DNA of 13,986 bases, taken from NCBI GenBank assembly GCA_000004985.1, contig GG738988.1; one strand, written 5' to 3'. Both the position numbers and the translations under genes were made by a program. A model generated the notes under the pieces. The model was not told the origin of the DNA and searched no databases. It was given only the letters and a program-made list of their open reading frames with translations. The DNA comes from Naegleria gruberi (Eukaryota). The number at the start of each line of letters is the position of its first letter. Positions within the stretch are counted from its first letter, which is position 1. Positions 1-8,513 of the stretch are shown piece by piece.

Positions 1-129
1 CCATACAGTGACTTGTACACTTCTTACATTACTGGTGGAATTATTTGTTTTTGTTTTGCTGCACCAATTTTATTTTTCGTATTTATTAAGGTTGCTATTT
101 GGCTCTATGTCAAGTGGAAACACAATTAA
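1..129 (+). CDS. Possible 3' end of an upstream gene (partial, no start in window). The tail reads PYSDLYTSYITGGIICFCFAAPILFFVFIKVAIWLYVKWKHN*, a TM-like C-terminal segment
   Basis: Frame 1 is open from base 1 to TAA at 127..129. A 20-residue hydrophobic stretch is followed by a basic KWKHN stop-transfer-like end. Only 42 codons, no homology check possible. Confidence 0.2.
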   Translation, partial: PYSDLYTSYITGGIICFCFAAPILFFVFIKVAIWLYVKWKHN

Positions 130-707
130 AATGACATCATCATTTGGAAGTAGTGAGGAAATAAATTGTAATTTGTTGTATAAAATTACAATGTACTACA
201 GAAGAAACACTTATTTAGGTCCTTCTACCGTACGATATTAGATCTGGTCAATTAGATTGAGAATGTTGAATATCTGACACCGGTAAAAAGGAGCCACAAA
301 TAGTTATTTTGTCTTGCTACAGAAACCTATTTGTAAATATCTCAACATATTAATAATTGAACAATAGAAAGTTGCAATTGAAGATTAATATCCAATATTT
401 CTATATATTGGTGACTTGCTTCCTTTTATTTACCATTAATTTCATGAAATTCCACATGTCCAAATAAGAATTTAGTAATTATTAGAAATCAAGGAAGGTT
501 ATTTTACCGAGGATGTACCTTTATCGTCAACGAGTTGATCAACCTTTCAAACTCGAGTAGTATCTAGTTCACTAATATGATTTTTCTTACACGAAAAAGG
601 AAAACATAACACTTACCATACAAACAATTGTACTCAACTTTAAATTAACATTCCAGTACATACTTTCAACAGACCATTGGATCCATGAATTGTATTTCGA
701 ATCATCT

Positions 708-1134
708 TTATTTATTAGATCGTCCCTTAGAAAAGTGAAAAGTCCACATTGGGAAGTTAAATTGCATTGAAAGTTGTGATGGAGAAGTTGAAGAGTTTTT
801 CCGTTTCCTTGTTGTTTTAGTTTGTTTGGTCAACTTGGTATTTATCAGTGTGGGTATGTTTGAGGATGACGATGAGGAAGTATTATTCGAATTAGTGGTG
901 GAAACGATTGAATTCTTTCGTTTTGGACTTGAAGCAAGTTTCGTCTTGCTATCCTTAGGATTCAGATTGGAGCTATTCGAAGGTGAGGTAATGGTTTGGA
1001 GGAGAGAATTGATACTTGTTGGGGTAGAAGGTGAAGTAGTGTTAATTGGATTATTGGTTGATTCTCCAACATTAGGCAAGTTTCCACTTTCATTGGACGG
1101 CGAATCAGCATTATTCGAAAGGTAATTTTTCTGA
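708..1134 (-). CDS. C-terminal fragment of a gene whose body lies in the assembly gap. It is a low-complexity S/T/N/P-rich tail ending SKGRSNK*
   Basis: Minus-strand ORF is open from the gap edge (1134) down to TAA (708..710 rev). Composition is strongly biased (SSSSSS run, TSPSTPTS, KRK clusters), typical of a disordered or mucin-like tail. The 1154-aa ORF call is inflated by translating N as X. Confidence 0.4.
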
Positions 1135-4124
1135 NNNNNNNNNNNNNNNNNNNNNNNNNNNNNNNNNNNNNNNNNNNNNNNNNNNNNNNNNNNNNNNNNN
1201 NNNNNNNNNNNNNNNNNNNNNNNNNNNNNNNNNNNNNNNNNNNNNNNNNNNNNNNNNNNNNNNNNNNNNNNNNNNNNNNNNNNNNNNNNNNNNNNNNNNN
1301 NNNNNNNNNNNNNNNNNNNNNNNNNNNNNNNNNNNNNNNNNNNNNNNNNNNNNNNNNNNNNNNNNNNNNNNNNNNNNNNNNNNNNNNNNNNNNNNNNNNN
1401 NNNNNNNNNNNNNNNNNNNNNNNNNNNNNNNNNNNNNNNNNNNNNNNNNNNNNNNNNNNNNNNNNNNNNNNNNNNNNNNNNNNNNNNNNNNNNNNNNNNN
1501 NNNNNNNNNNNNNNNNNNNNNNNNNNNNNNNNNNNNNNNNNNNNNNNNNNNNNNNNNNNNNNNNNNNNNNNNNNNNNNNNNNNNNNNNNNNNNNNNNNNN
1601 NNNNNNNNNNNNNNNNNNNNNNNNNNNNNNNNNNNNNNNNNNNNNNNNNNNNNNNNNNNNNNNNNNNNNNNNNNNNNNNNNNNNNNNNNNNNNNNNNNNN
1701 NNNNNNNNNNNNNNNNNNNNNNNNNNNNNNNNNNNNNNNNNNNNNNNNNNNNNNNNNNNNNNNNNNNNNNNNNNNNNNNNNNNNNNNNNNNNNNNNNNNN
1801 NNNNNNNNNNNNNNNNNNNNNNNNNNNNNNNNNNNNNNNNNNNNNNNNNNNNNNNNNNNNNNNNNNNNNNNNNNNNNNNNNNNNNNNNNNNNNNNNNNNN
1901 NNNNNNNNNNNNNNNNNNNNNNNNNNNNNNNNNNNNNNNNNNNNNNNNNNNNNNNNNNNNNNNNNNNNNNNNNNNNNNNNNNNNNNNNNNNNNNNNNNNN
2001 NNNNNNNNNNNNNNNNNNNNNNNNNNNNNNNNNNNNNNNNNNNNNNNNNNNNNNNNNNNNNNNNNNNNNNNNNNNNNNNNNNNNNNNNNNNNNNNNNNNN
2101 NNNNNNNNNNNNNNNNNNNNNNNNNNNNNNNNNNNNNNNNNNNNNNNNNNNNNNNNNNNNNNNNNNNNNNNNNNNNNNNNNNNNNNNNNNNNNNNNNNNN
2201 NNNNNNNNNNNNNNNNNNNNNNNNNNNNNNNNNNNNNNNNNNNNNNNNNNNNNNNNNNNNNNNNNNNNNNNNNNNNNNNNNNNNNNNNNNNNNNNNNNNN
2301 NNNNNNNNNNNNNNNNNNNNNNNNNNNNNNNNNNNNNNNNNNNNNNNNNNNNNNNNNNNNNNNNNNNNNNNNNNNNNNNNNNNNNNNNNNNNNNNNNNNN
2401 NNNNNNNNNNNNNNNNNNNNNNNNNNNNNNNNNNNNNNNNNNNNNNNNNNNNNNNNNNNNNNNNNNNNNNNNNNNNNNNNNNNNNNNNNNNNNNNNNNNN
2501 NNNNNNNNNNNNNNNNNNNNNNNNNNNNNNNNNNNNNNNNNNNNNNNNNNNNNNNNNNNNNNNNNNNNNNNNNNNNNNNNNNNNNNNNNNNNNNNNNNNN
2601 NNNNNNNNNNNNNNNNNNNNNNNNNNNNNNNNNNNNNNNNNNNNNNNNNNNNNNNNNNNNNNNNNNNNNNNNNNNNNNNNNNNNNNNNNNNNNNNNNNNN
2701 NNNNNNNNNNNNNNNNNNNNNNNNNNNNNNNNNNNNNNNNNNNNNNNNNNNNNNNNNNNNNNNNNNNNNNNNNNNNNNNNNNNNNNNNNNNNNNNNNNNN
2801 NNNNNNNNNNNNNNNNNNNNNNNNNNNNNNNNNNNNNNNNNNNNNNNNNNNNNNNNNNNNNNNNNNNNNNNNNNNNNNNNNNNNNNNNNNNNNNNNNNNN
2901 NNNNNNNNNNNNNNNNNNNNNNNNNNNNNNNNNNNNNNNNNNNNNNNNNNNNNNNNNNNNNNNNNNNNNNNNNNNNNNNNNNNNNNNNNNNNNNNNNNNN
3001 NNNNNNNNNNNNNNNNNNNNNNNNNNNNNNNNNNNNNNNNNNNNNNNNNNNNNNNNNNNNNNNNNNNNNNNNNNNNNNNNNNNNNNNNNNNNNNNNNNNN
3101 NNNNNNNNNNNNNNNNNNNNNNNNNNNNNNNNNNNNNNNNNNNNNNNNNNNNNNNNNNNNNNNNNNNNNNNNNNNNNNNNNNNNNNNNNNNNNNNNNNNN
3201 NNNNNNNNNNNNNNNNNNNNNNNNNNNNNNNNNNNNNNNNNNNNNNNNNNNNNNNNNNNNNNNNNNNNNNNNNNNNNNNNNNNNNNNNNNNNNNNNNNNN
3301 NNNNNNNNNNNNNNNNNNNNNNNNNNNNNNNNNNNNNNNNNNNNNNNNNNNNNNNNNNNNNNNNNNNNNNNNNNNNNNNNNNNNNNNNNNNNNNNNNNNN
3401 NNNNNNNNNNNNNNNNNNNNNNNNNNNNNNNNNNNNNNNNNNNNNNNNNNNNNNNNNNNNNNNNNNNNNNNNNNNNNNNNNNNNNNNNNNNNNNNNNNNN
3501 NNNNNNNNNNNNNNNNNNNNNNNNNNNNNNNNNNNNNNNNNNNNNNNNNNNNNNNNNNNNNNNNNNNNNNNNNNNNNNNNNNNNNNNNNNNNNNNNNNNN
3601 NNNNNNNNNNNNNNNNNNNNNNNNNNNNNNNNNNNNNNNNNNNNNNNNNNNNNNNNNNNNNNNNNNNNNNNNNNNNNNNNNNNNNNNNNNNNNNNNNNNN
3701 NNNNNNNNNNNNNNNNNNNNNNNNNNNNNNNNNNNNNNNNNNNNNNNNNNNNNNNNNNNNNNNNNNNNNNNNNNNNNNNNNNNNNNNNNNNNNNNNNNNN
3801 NNNNNNNNNNNNNNNNNNNNNNNNNNNNNNNNNNNNNNNNNNNNNNNNNNNNNNNNNNNNNNNNNNNNNNNNNNNNNNNNNNNNNNNNNNNNNNNNNNNN
3901 NNNNNNNNNNNNNNNNNNNNNNNNNNNNNNNNNNNNNNNNNNNNNNNNNNNNNNNNNNNNNNNNNNNNNNNNNNNNNNNNNNNNNNNNNNNNNNNNNNNN
4001 NNNNNNNNNNNNNNNNNNNNNNNNNNNNNNNNNNNNNNNNNNNNNNNNNNNNNNNNNNNNNNNNNNNNNNNNNNNNNNNNNNNNNNNNNNNNNNNNNNNN
4101 NNNNNNNNNNNNNNNNNNNNNNNN
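1135..4124. other. Assembly gap (2990 N)
   Basis: Uninterrupted run of n. Confidence 0.99.
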
Positions 4125-4144
4125 TTTATGAAATATTACTGAAA

Positions 4145-4636
4145 ATGTCAGATGAAAAGAAGAAAATGTCACTTGTCGGATTGGTTACTGTCTTTATAGT
4201 TTGCAGTAGCTTATTCATTTTGACAGTTGCTTGTCTATGCTCAACCATTGTCCCAATTGAAATTCAAAACTACATACGTGTCATTTGTCTAATTTTGACA
4301 TTAATTGCCTTAATAATTTCATGGTCAATTCTCTTTGGATATTCAATGAAAATTTATCTTCTCTTATCCAAATATAGAAAGATTAATGTGATGAGATTCA
4401 AATTTTCACAATATTTATTACTGTTAATTGTGTCCATTTCGTATTTGTTATACGAAATGATTTCAGAATTTGGATTTGCGACTGAACTTTATGTTTTTGA
4501 GAATTTGTGGACAATTTTGTTTAAACATCGAATTGGAAGTTATGTGATTGGATTTTCATTGTGGGGAATGACCTATGTCTTATTTTCAAAACAATACTTT
4601 GAGGAATGTTATGCAAGATTTTGGAGAAAGAAATGA
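4145..4636 (+). CDS. Small multi-pass membrane protein, 163 aa with about 4 hydrophobic helices; function unknown
   Basis: ATG at 4145 in gaaaATGt context, TGA at 4634..4636. Four roughly 20-aa hydrophobic segments (LVGLVTVFIVCSSLFILTVACLC, ICLILTLIALIISWSILFGY, LLLLIVSISYLLYEMI, IGSYVIGFSLWGMTYVLF) are separated by short basic loops. ATTAAA/AATAAA follow about 20-30 nt downstream. The gene starts 20 nt after the gap, so an upstream exon cannot be excluded. Confidence 0.45.
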   Translation: MSDEKKKMSLVGLVTVFIVCSSLFILTVACLCSTIVPIEIQNYIRVICLILTLIALIISWSILFGYSMKIYLLLSKYRKINVMRFKFSQYLLLLIVSISYLLYEMISEFGFATELYVFENLWTILFKHRIGSYVIGFSLWGMTYVLFSKQYFEECYARFWRKK

Positions 4637-4659
4637 GACGAAAGTTTTACAAAATTAAA

Positions 4660-4665
4660 AATAAA
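4660..4665 (+). promoter_or_regulatory. Candidate polyadenylation signal AATAAA (ATTAAA at 4654..4659 just upstream) for the 4145..4636 gene
   Basis: Hexamer 24 nt after the TGA stop, followed by an A-rich tract. Confidence 0.3.
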
Positions 4666-4739
4666 TTTCAAAAACAAAAAAAACAAAACTTTCCTTTTAG
4701 CTTTTAACCACGCTAAGCTGTAATCATATTAACAACATC

Positions 4740-5099
4740 ATGGCAGCGACCAACAACAACACTGCTCATTCACCAAACTTTGAACAAATAGATAAAGATT
4801 TAGACCGCCTTCTTTTCCTTTCATGCAACCATGTTGAGAATAATAACAACAATAACCTAACTTTACACTCCATCACAACTCGTATTAATTCTGATCAACA
4901 TCCTGAACACGGCCATCATCATAATGATCATGTTCATCATCATCAACAATATCCAGCCGATAGTAGACATTTAATAACAACTTTAACAAGAACAACATTA
5001 GCACGAGATGGAGGAGGACCAGTACTTGGTTTTCCATTCGTCGACAAGGCTAGCAACATGTATAATAATAATACCGAGCAGACCAGGAATTTTAATTGA
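4740..5099 (+). CDS. Small His/Asn-rich protein (119 aa), unknown function
   Basis: ATG in aacatcATGg context, TGA at 5097..5099, AATAAA 93 nt downstream. Contains HPEHGHHHNDHVHHHQQY and an N6 run. Locally more C-ending codons than neighbours. No recognisable domain; could be a chance ORF. Confidence 0.3.
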   Translation: MAATNNNTAHSPNFEQIDKDLDRLLFLSCNHVENNNNNNLTLHSITTRINSDQHPEHGHHHNDHVHHHQQYPADSRHLITTLTRTTLARDGGGPVLGFPFVDKASNMYNNNTEQTRNFN

Positions 5100-5191
5100 A
5101 GCCTTTCATGTATGCGCAAAGTCCAAGACTGTGCGTTTGGGGCTGAGGTTTCTTGGTCTGATTGGTGGTGTATTCTAACAGATTATGTTGT

Positions 5192-5197
5192 AAATAA
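5192..5197 (+). promoter_or_regulatory. Candidate AATAAA polyadenylation signal for the 4740..5099 ORF
   Basis: Hexamer about 93 nt after the stop. Confidence 0.3.
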
Positions 5198-5206
5198 AAG
5201 AAATGT

Positions 5207-5212
5207 TTTAAT
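5207..5212 (-). promoter_or_regulatory. Candidate ATTAAA polyadenylation signal (minus strand) for the NHL-BTB gene
   Basis: tttaat on the plus strand equals ATTAAA on the minus strand, about 50 nt downstream of the TGA at 5263..5265. The convergent gene 3' ends lie only about 160 bp apart. Confidence 0.25.
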
Positions 5213-5262
5213 ATAGAATGTTCTGCAAAATTAAGTTGTAATAATATCTATCCAAAATAAGC

Positions 5263-7449
5263 TCAAAAGTCCTGTGAAAACTTGAAGAATATTTCTTGCC
5301 AAACTTTTTCAGGTAATTTGGAAATTTCGGTGCGATCTCTGAAAAGTTGTTTTCCATTGACCATGCTAAATGTGACAATCTCTCCCATAAATTGCTCAAA
5401 TATTGGATGATCAAGATATTTTTCACATGCTTTAAGCATATTAAAGTAATTATCAATGGATAGATTAAAGTTATTCTTGCAATAATCGATTACATATTGA
5501 ATTTCATGTTTCGTTACCATTTCAAGTAATCCAATAATTTTAACATCATCAATGTCAATTGAAATTCCATAACAATATTTGATCACAATTTCCAATAATT
5601 CTAAATCTTCTGATTCGTCAGGTGTGAATATTCCATCATCACTCAAATCACTGAAACAAGATCCACTGTCAAATAATGCATTAAACAATGTGCTAAATGA
5701 AGTCAATATAGTTTTGTGACAATATAAGTATTTGTCTTGTCCCATTTTGATTTTTACATCACTTGTTTTCTTGTCATTATATAATGATTCAATTATTTGT
5801 GGCTCAGTTTCAATTGTTTCCTCAATATTAATTGCAGTTGGTTGAGTAATGATCATTTTTGAAAAAATGGCAGTAGCATTTCTCATAATTATTGGAAGAG
5901 TTGGTAATAAAGTGTTTCCTTTTTTGGTCCTCATTTGAACAACAGCATATTCAATACAATAGTTATTCAAATGATCAAGAATGTAATTTTGAACATTGAA
6001 TTCCTCATTGCAAATTTTGAGTAAATTTTCAATTGTTTCCCATTTGAAAGTAAGATTTTCTAATGTGAGTGAGTTCACAAATTCACTTGTCAATGATCTT
6101 TTCAAATCAATAAATTCACCATTCTTGAATAAACCCAAAATGAATAAAACATCCAACATTTCTTCTTTGTTAAACTTTACCTTATTCTTATCATATATCA
6201 AAGAATCAATTAATTTTTGAATAATTTCTTGTTGTGATGAACTCATCAAACAAAGTATCTTTTCATTATTCAAAATGCCACAAAATTTTGGTGAAATTTT
6301 GTCAATGAGTGGAATGAATCCATAAATTGGCAATCCAAATAATTCATCTCTTGAATGTTTTTTCAAGTTATGAAATTCTATTTTAGAATACAAGCTACTA
6401 TTTCCAAAATGAGGATACATTCTAATATCAAAAGGTGAATCACCACTGAATCCAGCAGTTCCATTTCCAGCAACTGTTACAATATTTCCATTTTCTAATA
6501 TTTTTCTAATTCTATGATTACCATACTCAGCAATATAAATTTCATTATTTGATGAAACAAAAACACCAGCAGGACTATTCAGTTGTGCATTTGTTGCAAG
6601 ACCATTATCGCCACAAAATCCATAAGGTCCATTTCCAGCAATTGTTACAATATTTCCATTTTCTAATATTTTTCTAATTCTATGATTAATTTGATCAGCA
6701 ATATAAACTTCATTATTTGATGAAACAAAAACACATCTAGGAAAATTCAGTTTTTCTTTTGTTGCAAGACCATTGTCACCACTGAATCCAGCAGTTCCCT
6801 TTCCAGCAATTGTTACAATATTTCCATTTTCTAATATTTTTCTAATTCTATGATTATCATAATCAGCAATATAAATTTCATTATTTGATGAAACAAAAAC
6901 ACCAGCAGGACTATTCAGTTGTGCATTTGTTGCAAGACCATTATCGCCACAAAATCCATAAGGTCCATTTCCAGCAATTGTTACAATATTTCCATTTTCT
7001 AATATTTTTCTAATTCTATGATTAATTTGATCAGCAATATAAACTTCATTATTTGATGAAACAAAAACACATCTAGGAAAATTCAGTTTTTCTTTTGTTG
7101 CAAGACCATTGTCACCACTGAATCCAGCAGTTCCCTTTCCAGCAATTATTACAATATTTCCATTTTCTAATATTTTTCTAATTCTATGATTATCATAATC
7201 AGCAATATAAACTTCATTATTTGATGAAACAAAAACACCAACAGGACCATTCAGTTGTGCTTTTGTTGCAATACCATTATCACCACTGAATCCAGCAGTT
7301 CCATTTCCAGCAATTGTTACAATATTTCCATTTTCTAATATTTTTCTAATTCTATGATTACCATAATCAGCAATATAAACTTCATTATTTGATGAAACAA
7401 AAACACTCTCAGGAGAATACAGTTGCGCACTGGTAGCAAGTGAAGACAT
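5263..7449 (-). CDS. Intronless gene encoding an N-terminal six-bladed NHL-repeat beta-propeller, an alpha-helical linker and a C-terminal BTB/POZ domain with BACK-like extension (728 aa)
   Basis: ATG at 7447..7449 (rev) in aaaaaaATGt context; the ORF-track start at 7488 is an alternative TTG. TGA at 5263..5265 (rev). Six 56-aa repeats carry the NHL signature VFVSSNNEVYIADxxNHRIRKILENGNIVTIAGNGTAGFSGDNGLAT. BTB core DVKIKMGQDKYLYCHKTILTSFSTLFNALFDSG...LELLEIVIKYCYGISIDIDD. One long uninterrupted ORF. Confidence 0.85.
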   Translation of the reverse strand: MSSLATSAQLYSPESVFVSSNNEVYIADYGNHRIRKILENGNIVTIAGNGTAGFSGDNGIATKAQLNGPVGVFVSSNNEVYIADYDNHRIRKILENGNIVIIAGKGTAGFSGDNGLATKEKLNFPRCVFVSSNNEVYIADQINHRIRKILENGNIVTIAGNGPYGFCGDNGLATNAQLNSPAGVFVSSNNEIYIADYDNHRIRKILENGNIVTIAGKGTAGFSGDNGLATKEKLNFPRCVFVSSNNEVYIADQINHRIRKILENGNIVTIAGNGPYGFCGDNGLATNAQLNSPAGVFVSSNNEIYIAEYGNHRIRKILENGNIVTVAGNGTAGFSGDSPFDIRMYPHFGNSSLYSKIEFHNLKKHSRDELFGLPIYGFIPLIDKISPKFCGILNNEKILCLMSSSQQEIIQKLIDSLIYDKNKVKFNKEEMLDVLFILGLFKNGEFIDLKRSLTSEFVNSLTLENLTFKWETIENLLKICNEEFNVQNYILDHLNNYCIEYAVVQMRTKKGNTLLPTLPIIMRNATAIFSKMIITQPTAINIEETIETEPQIIESLYNDKKTSDVKIKMGQDKYLYCHKTILTSFSTLFNALFDSGSCFSDLSDDGIFTPDESEDLELLEIVIKYCYGISIDIDDVKIIGLLEMVTKHEIQYVIDYCKNNFNLSIDNYFNMLKACEKYLDHPIFEQFMGEIVTFSMVNGKQLFRDRTEISKLPEKVWQEIFFKFSQDF
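5431..5760 (-). other. Segment encoding the BTB/POZ domain (residues about 565-674 of the ATG-7449 product)
   Basis: Motif DVKIKMGQDKYLYCHKTILTSFSTLFNALFDSGS, a hydrophobic helix bundle, then LELLEIVIKYCYG, matching the BTB consensus (DVxLxVxxxxFxAHKxVLAxxSxYFxAMF). Recognised by eye only. Confidence 0.65.
6403..7404 (-). repeat. Array of six 168-bp (56-codon) NHL blade repeats inside the CDS
   Basis: Six in-frame units of about 56 aa with a 168-nt DNA periodicity. The last blade is shorter (54 aa) and degenerate at its end. Confidence 0.9.
6531..7216 (-). repeat. Two tandem copies of a 336-bp (two-blade) unit that are about 99% identical at DNA level
   Basis: Offset-336 alignment: 6531..6880 against 6867..7216 differ at only about 2-3 positions (for example caattgttac vs caattattac, aaatttc vs aaacttc). 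Flanking blades are clearly more diverged. Confidence 0.85.
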
Positions 7450-8231
7450 TTTTTTAATTGTAATCTGAACGGAAAAAACAAAATTCAAAGGTTGAAAGGT
7501 GAATTTGACAACTTGTTAATAATACCACTTTAGCAACAGGAATGAAGAACATGGCTGGCAAGAAACTAAACAGAAGCCTGCATATTGTTCATTCACTCCG
7601 ATACTTTACCAGCTTTGATGTAGCGTGATGATAACGAACAATGTTTAATAATGGTAAGGAGTGAGGTTTCAAGGATTTTTTTCCCGCCTTCTTTTTCTTT
7701 TGTTTTTTTCATCACTTCCTTTCGCGAAGTACAAAGCCACGTTGTATTGTGCTGACTGGCTGTTGGTAAAATGTTGTTGATGAATCTTCCTTTCTACATT
7801 ACAAAAGCGTACAGTCCATTACCATCTCTACTAAGGAAATGAATATCCTTAACTAATTTCTTGATGGAAATATTATTGCAAAAGGCATTCATGAAGCATT
7901 GTAATATATACTACCAAGTACCACTGGCTACGAAAAAAATGTTAGTAAAAAAGAAAGTGATTATGTACTAACAATTGAGTTTTGACTTTTTGCTGACGTT
8001 AGATAAAAAAGCCCTTCTTCATTGAGTTTGCAATATCTTACCGTGTTTCAACGCATAGTGTTGATACTTCTTTTCCAGGACATGGTTTCCCATTCCAACC
8101 CAACACTTTTTCTGTACTGGAACATATCTCTCAATTTCACACACACCAAGTTTAGTTTTAATCGTTTCCTACTAGTAGCGAAGAAAAAAAAAAAGTTTAA
8201 AAGTCGAAAGTCAACAACCACTACTTCCAAT
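7450..8231. promoter_or_regulatory. 782-bp divergent intergenic region between the two NHL genes, with putative bidirectional promoter and 5' UTRs
   Basis: Head-to-head gene starts at 7449 (minus) and 8232 (plus). Locally higher GC (7680..7780). An A11 run at 8184..8194. TACTAAC at 7967..7973 with a downstream AG at 8001..8002. Confidence 0.35.
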
Positions 8232-8321
8232 ATGTTATTTCGTTCAACACTTGTTCAATTATTGGTGGTGCTGATGTTATTATCGCTCCAACTAATCGCT
8301 CATTTATTTCTAGTTCATGCA
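8232..8321 (+). other. Predicted signal peptide (30 aa)
   Basis: MLFR plus a 22-residue hydrophobic core, then VHA|QK cleavage-like site. Confidence 0.55.
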
Positions 8322-8469
8322 CAAAAGAGTAGACCAGTTGAGTATTCTCTTGAAACTATATTGGGAGGACAAATTGGAGATGGCATGAAGGCAACCAATG
8401 TTGGAATGTATAGACCTTATGGATTGGCAGTTGACAAGAAAAACGGTAATATTTATTATGCAGAATCGG
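8232..8469 (+). CDS. Exon 1 of a secreted NHL-repeat protein gene: signal peptide plus start of the first NHL blade
   Basis: ATG 8232 in ccaatATGt context. N-terminus MLFRSTLVQLLVVLMLLSLQLIAHLFLVHA|QKS has n/h/c regions typical of a signal peptide. Then PYGLAVDKKNGNIYYAES (NHL strand). Candidate donor g|GTATGG at 8470. The in-frame upstream extension to 8022 has no coding features. Confidence 0.55.
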
Positions 8470-8513
8470 GTATGGAATTTCACATTATTTTGCTGGAGCA
8501 CCAAATTACCAAG
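8470..8513 (+). other. Candidate intron 1 (44 nt, GTATGG...CAAG), phase 1. Alternative explanation is a 1-nt frameshift
   Basis: Reading frame switches from frame 0 (open until 8558) to frame 2 (open from 8450) in this interval. A 44-nt intron equals the size of intron 3 and joins ...YYAES-A-GVGSDSLAF. No clear branch motif. Confidence 0.4.

Noticed and set aside
690-712. tRNA-like T-loop string TTTCGAATC
   Set aside because: No acceptor stem, D-arm or anticodon arm can be folded from the flanking 70 nt. Isolated motif
826-1125. Plus-strand 99-aa ORF (MVNLVFISVGMFEDDDEE...)
   Set aside because: It is antisense to the low-complexity minus-strand coding tail. Repetitive, compositionally biased DNA stays open on both strands. 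The minus frame ends in a proper stop and continues to the gap, so it is preferred
708-4172. 1154-aa minus-strand ORF spanning the first gap
   Set aside because: About 1000 residues are X from translating N. Only 708..1134 is real sequence. The apparent start at 4172 is antisense to the 4145 gene start and not supportable
5208-6220. Small ORFs 5208..5456(-) and 5996..6220(+), and 8048..8230(-), 8310..8504(-), 8896..9084(-)
   Set aside because: They overlap well-supported coding regions in other frames or strands, or lie in UTR/intergenic DNA. No coding features seen
6403-7404. Regular direct repeats as a CRISPR-like array
   Set aside because: Eukaryotic context. The repeats are 168-bp in-frame protein repeats (NHL blades) with no spacer and repeat structure
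8446-8463. GTAATA...TGCAG that looks like a 17-18-nt intron
   Set aside because: The stretch encodes NGNIYYAE, a perfect NHL strand, in frame. Too short for an intron and clearly coding
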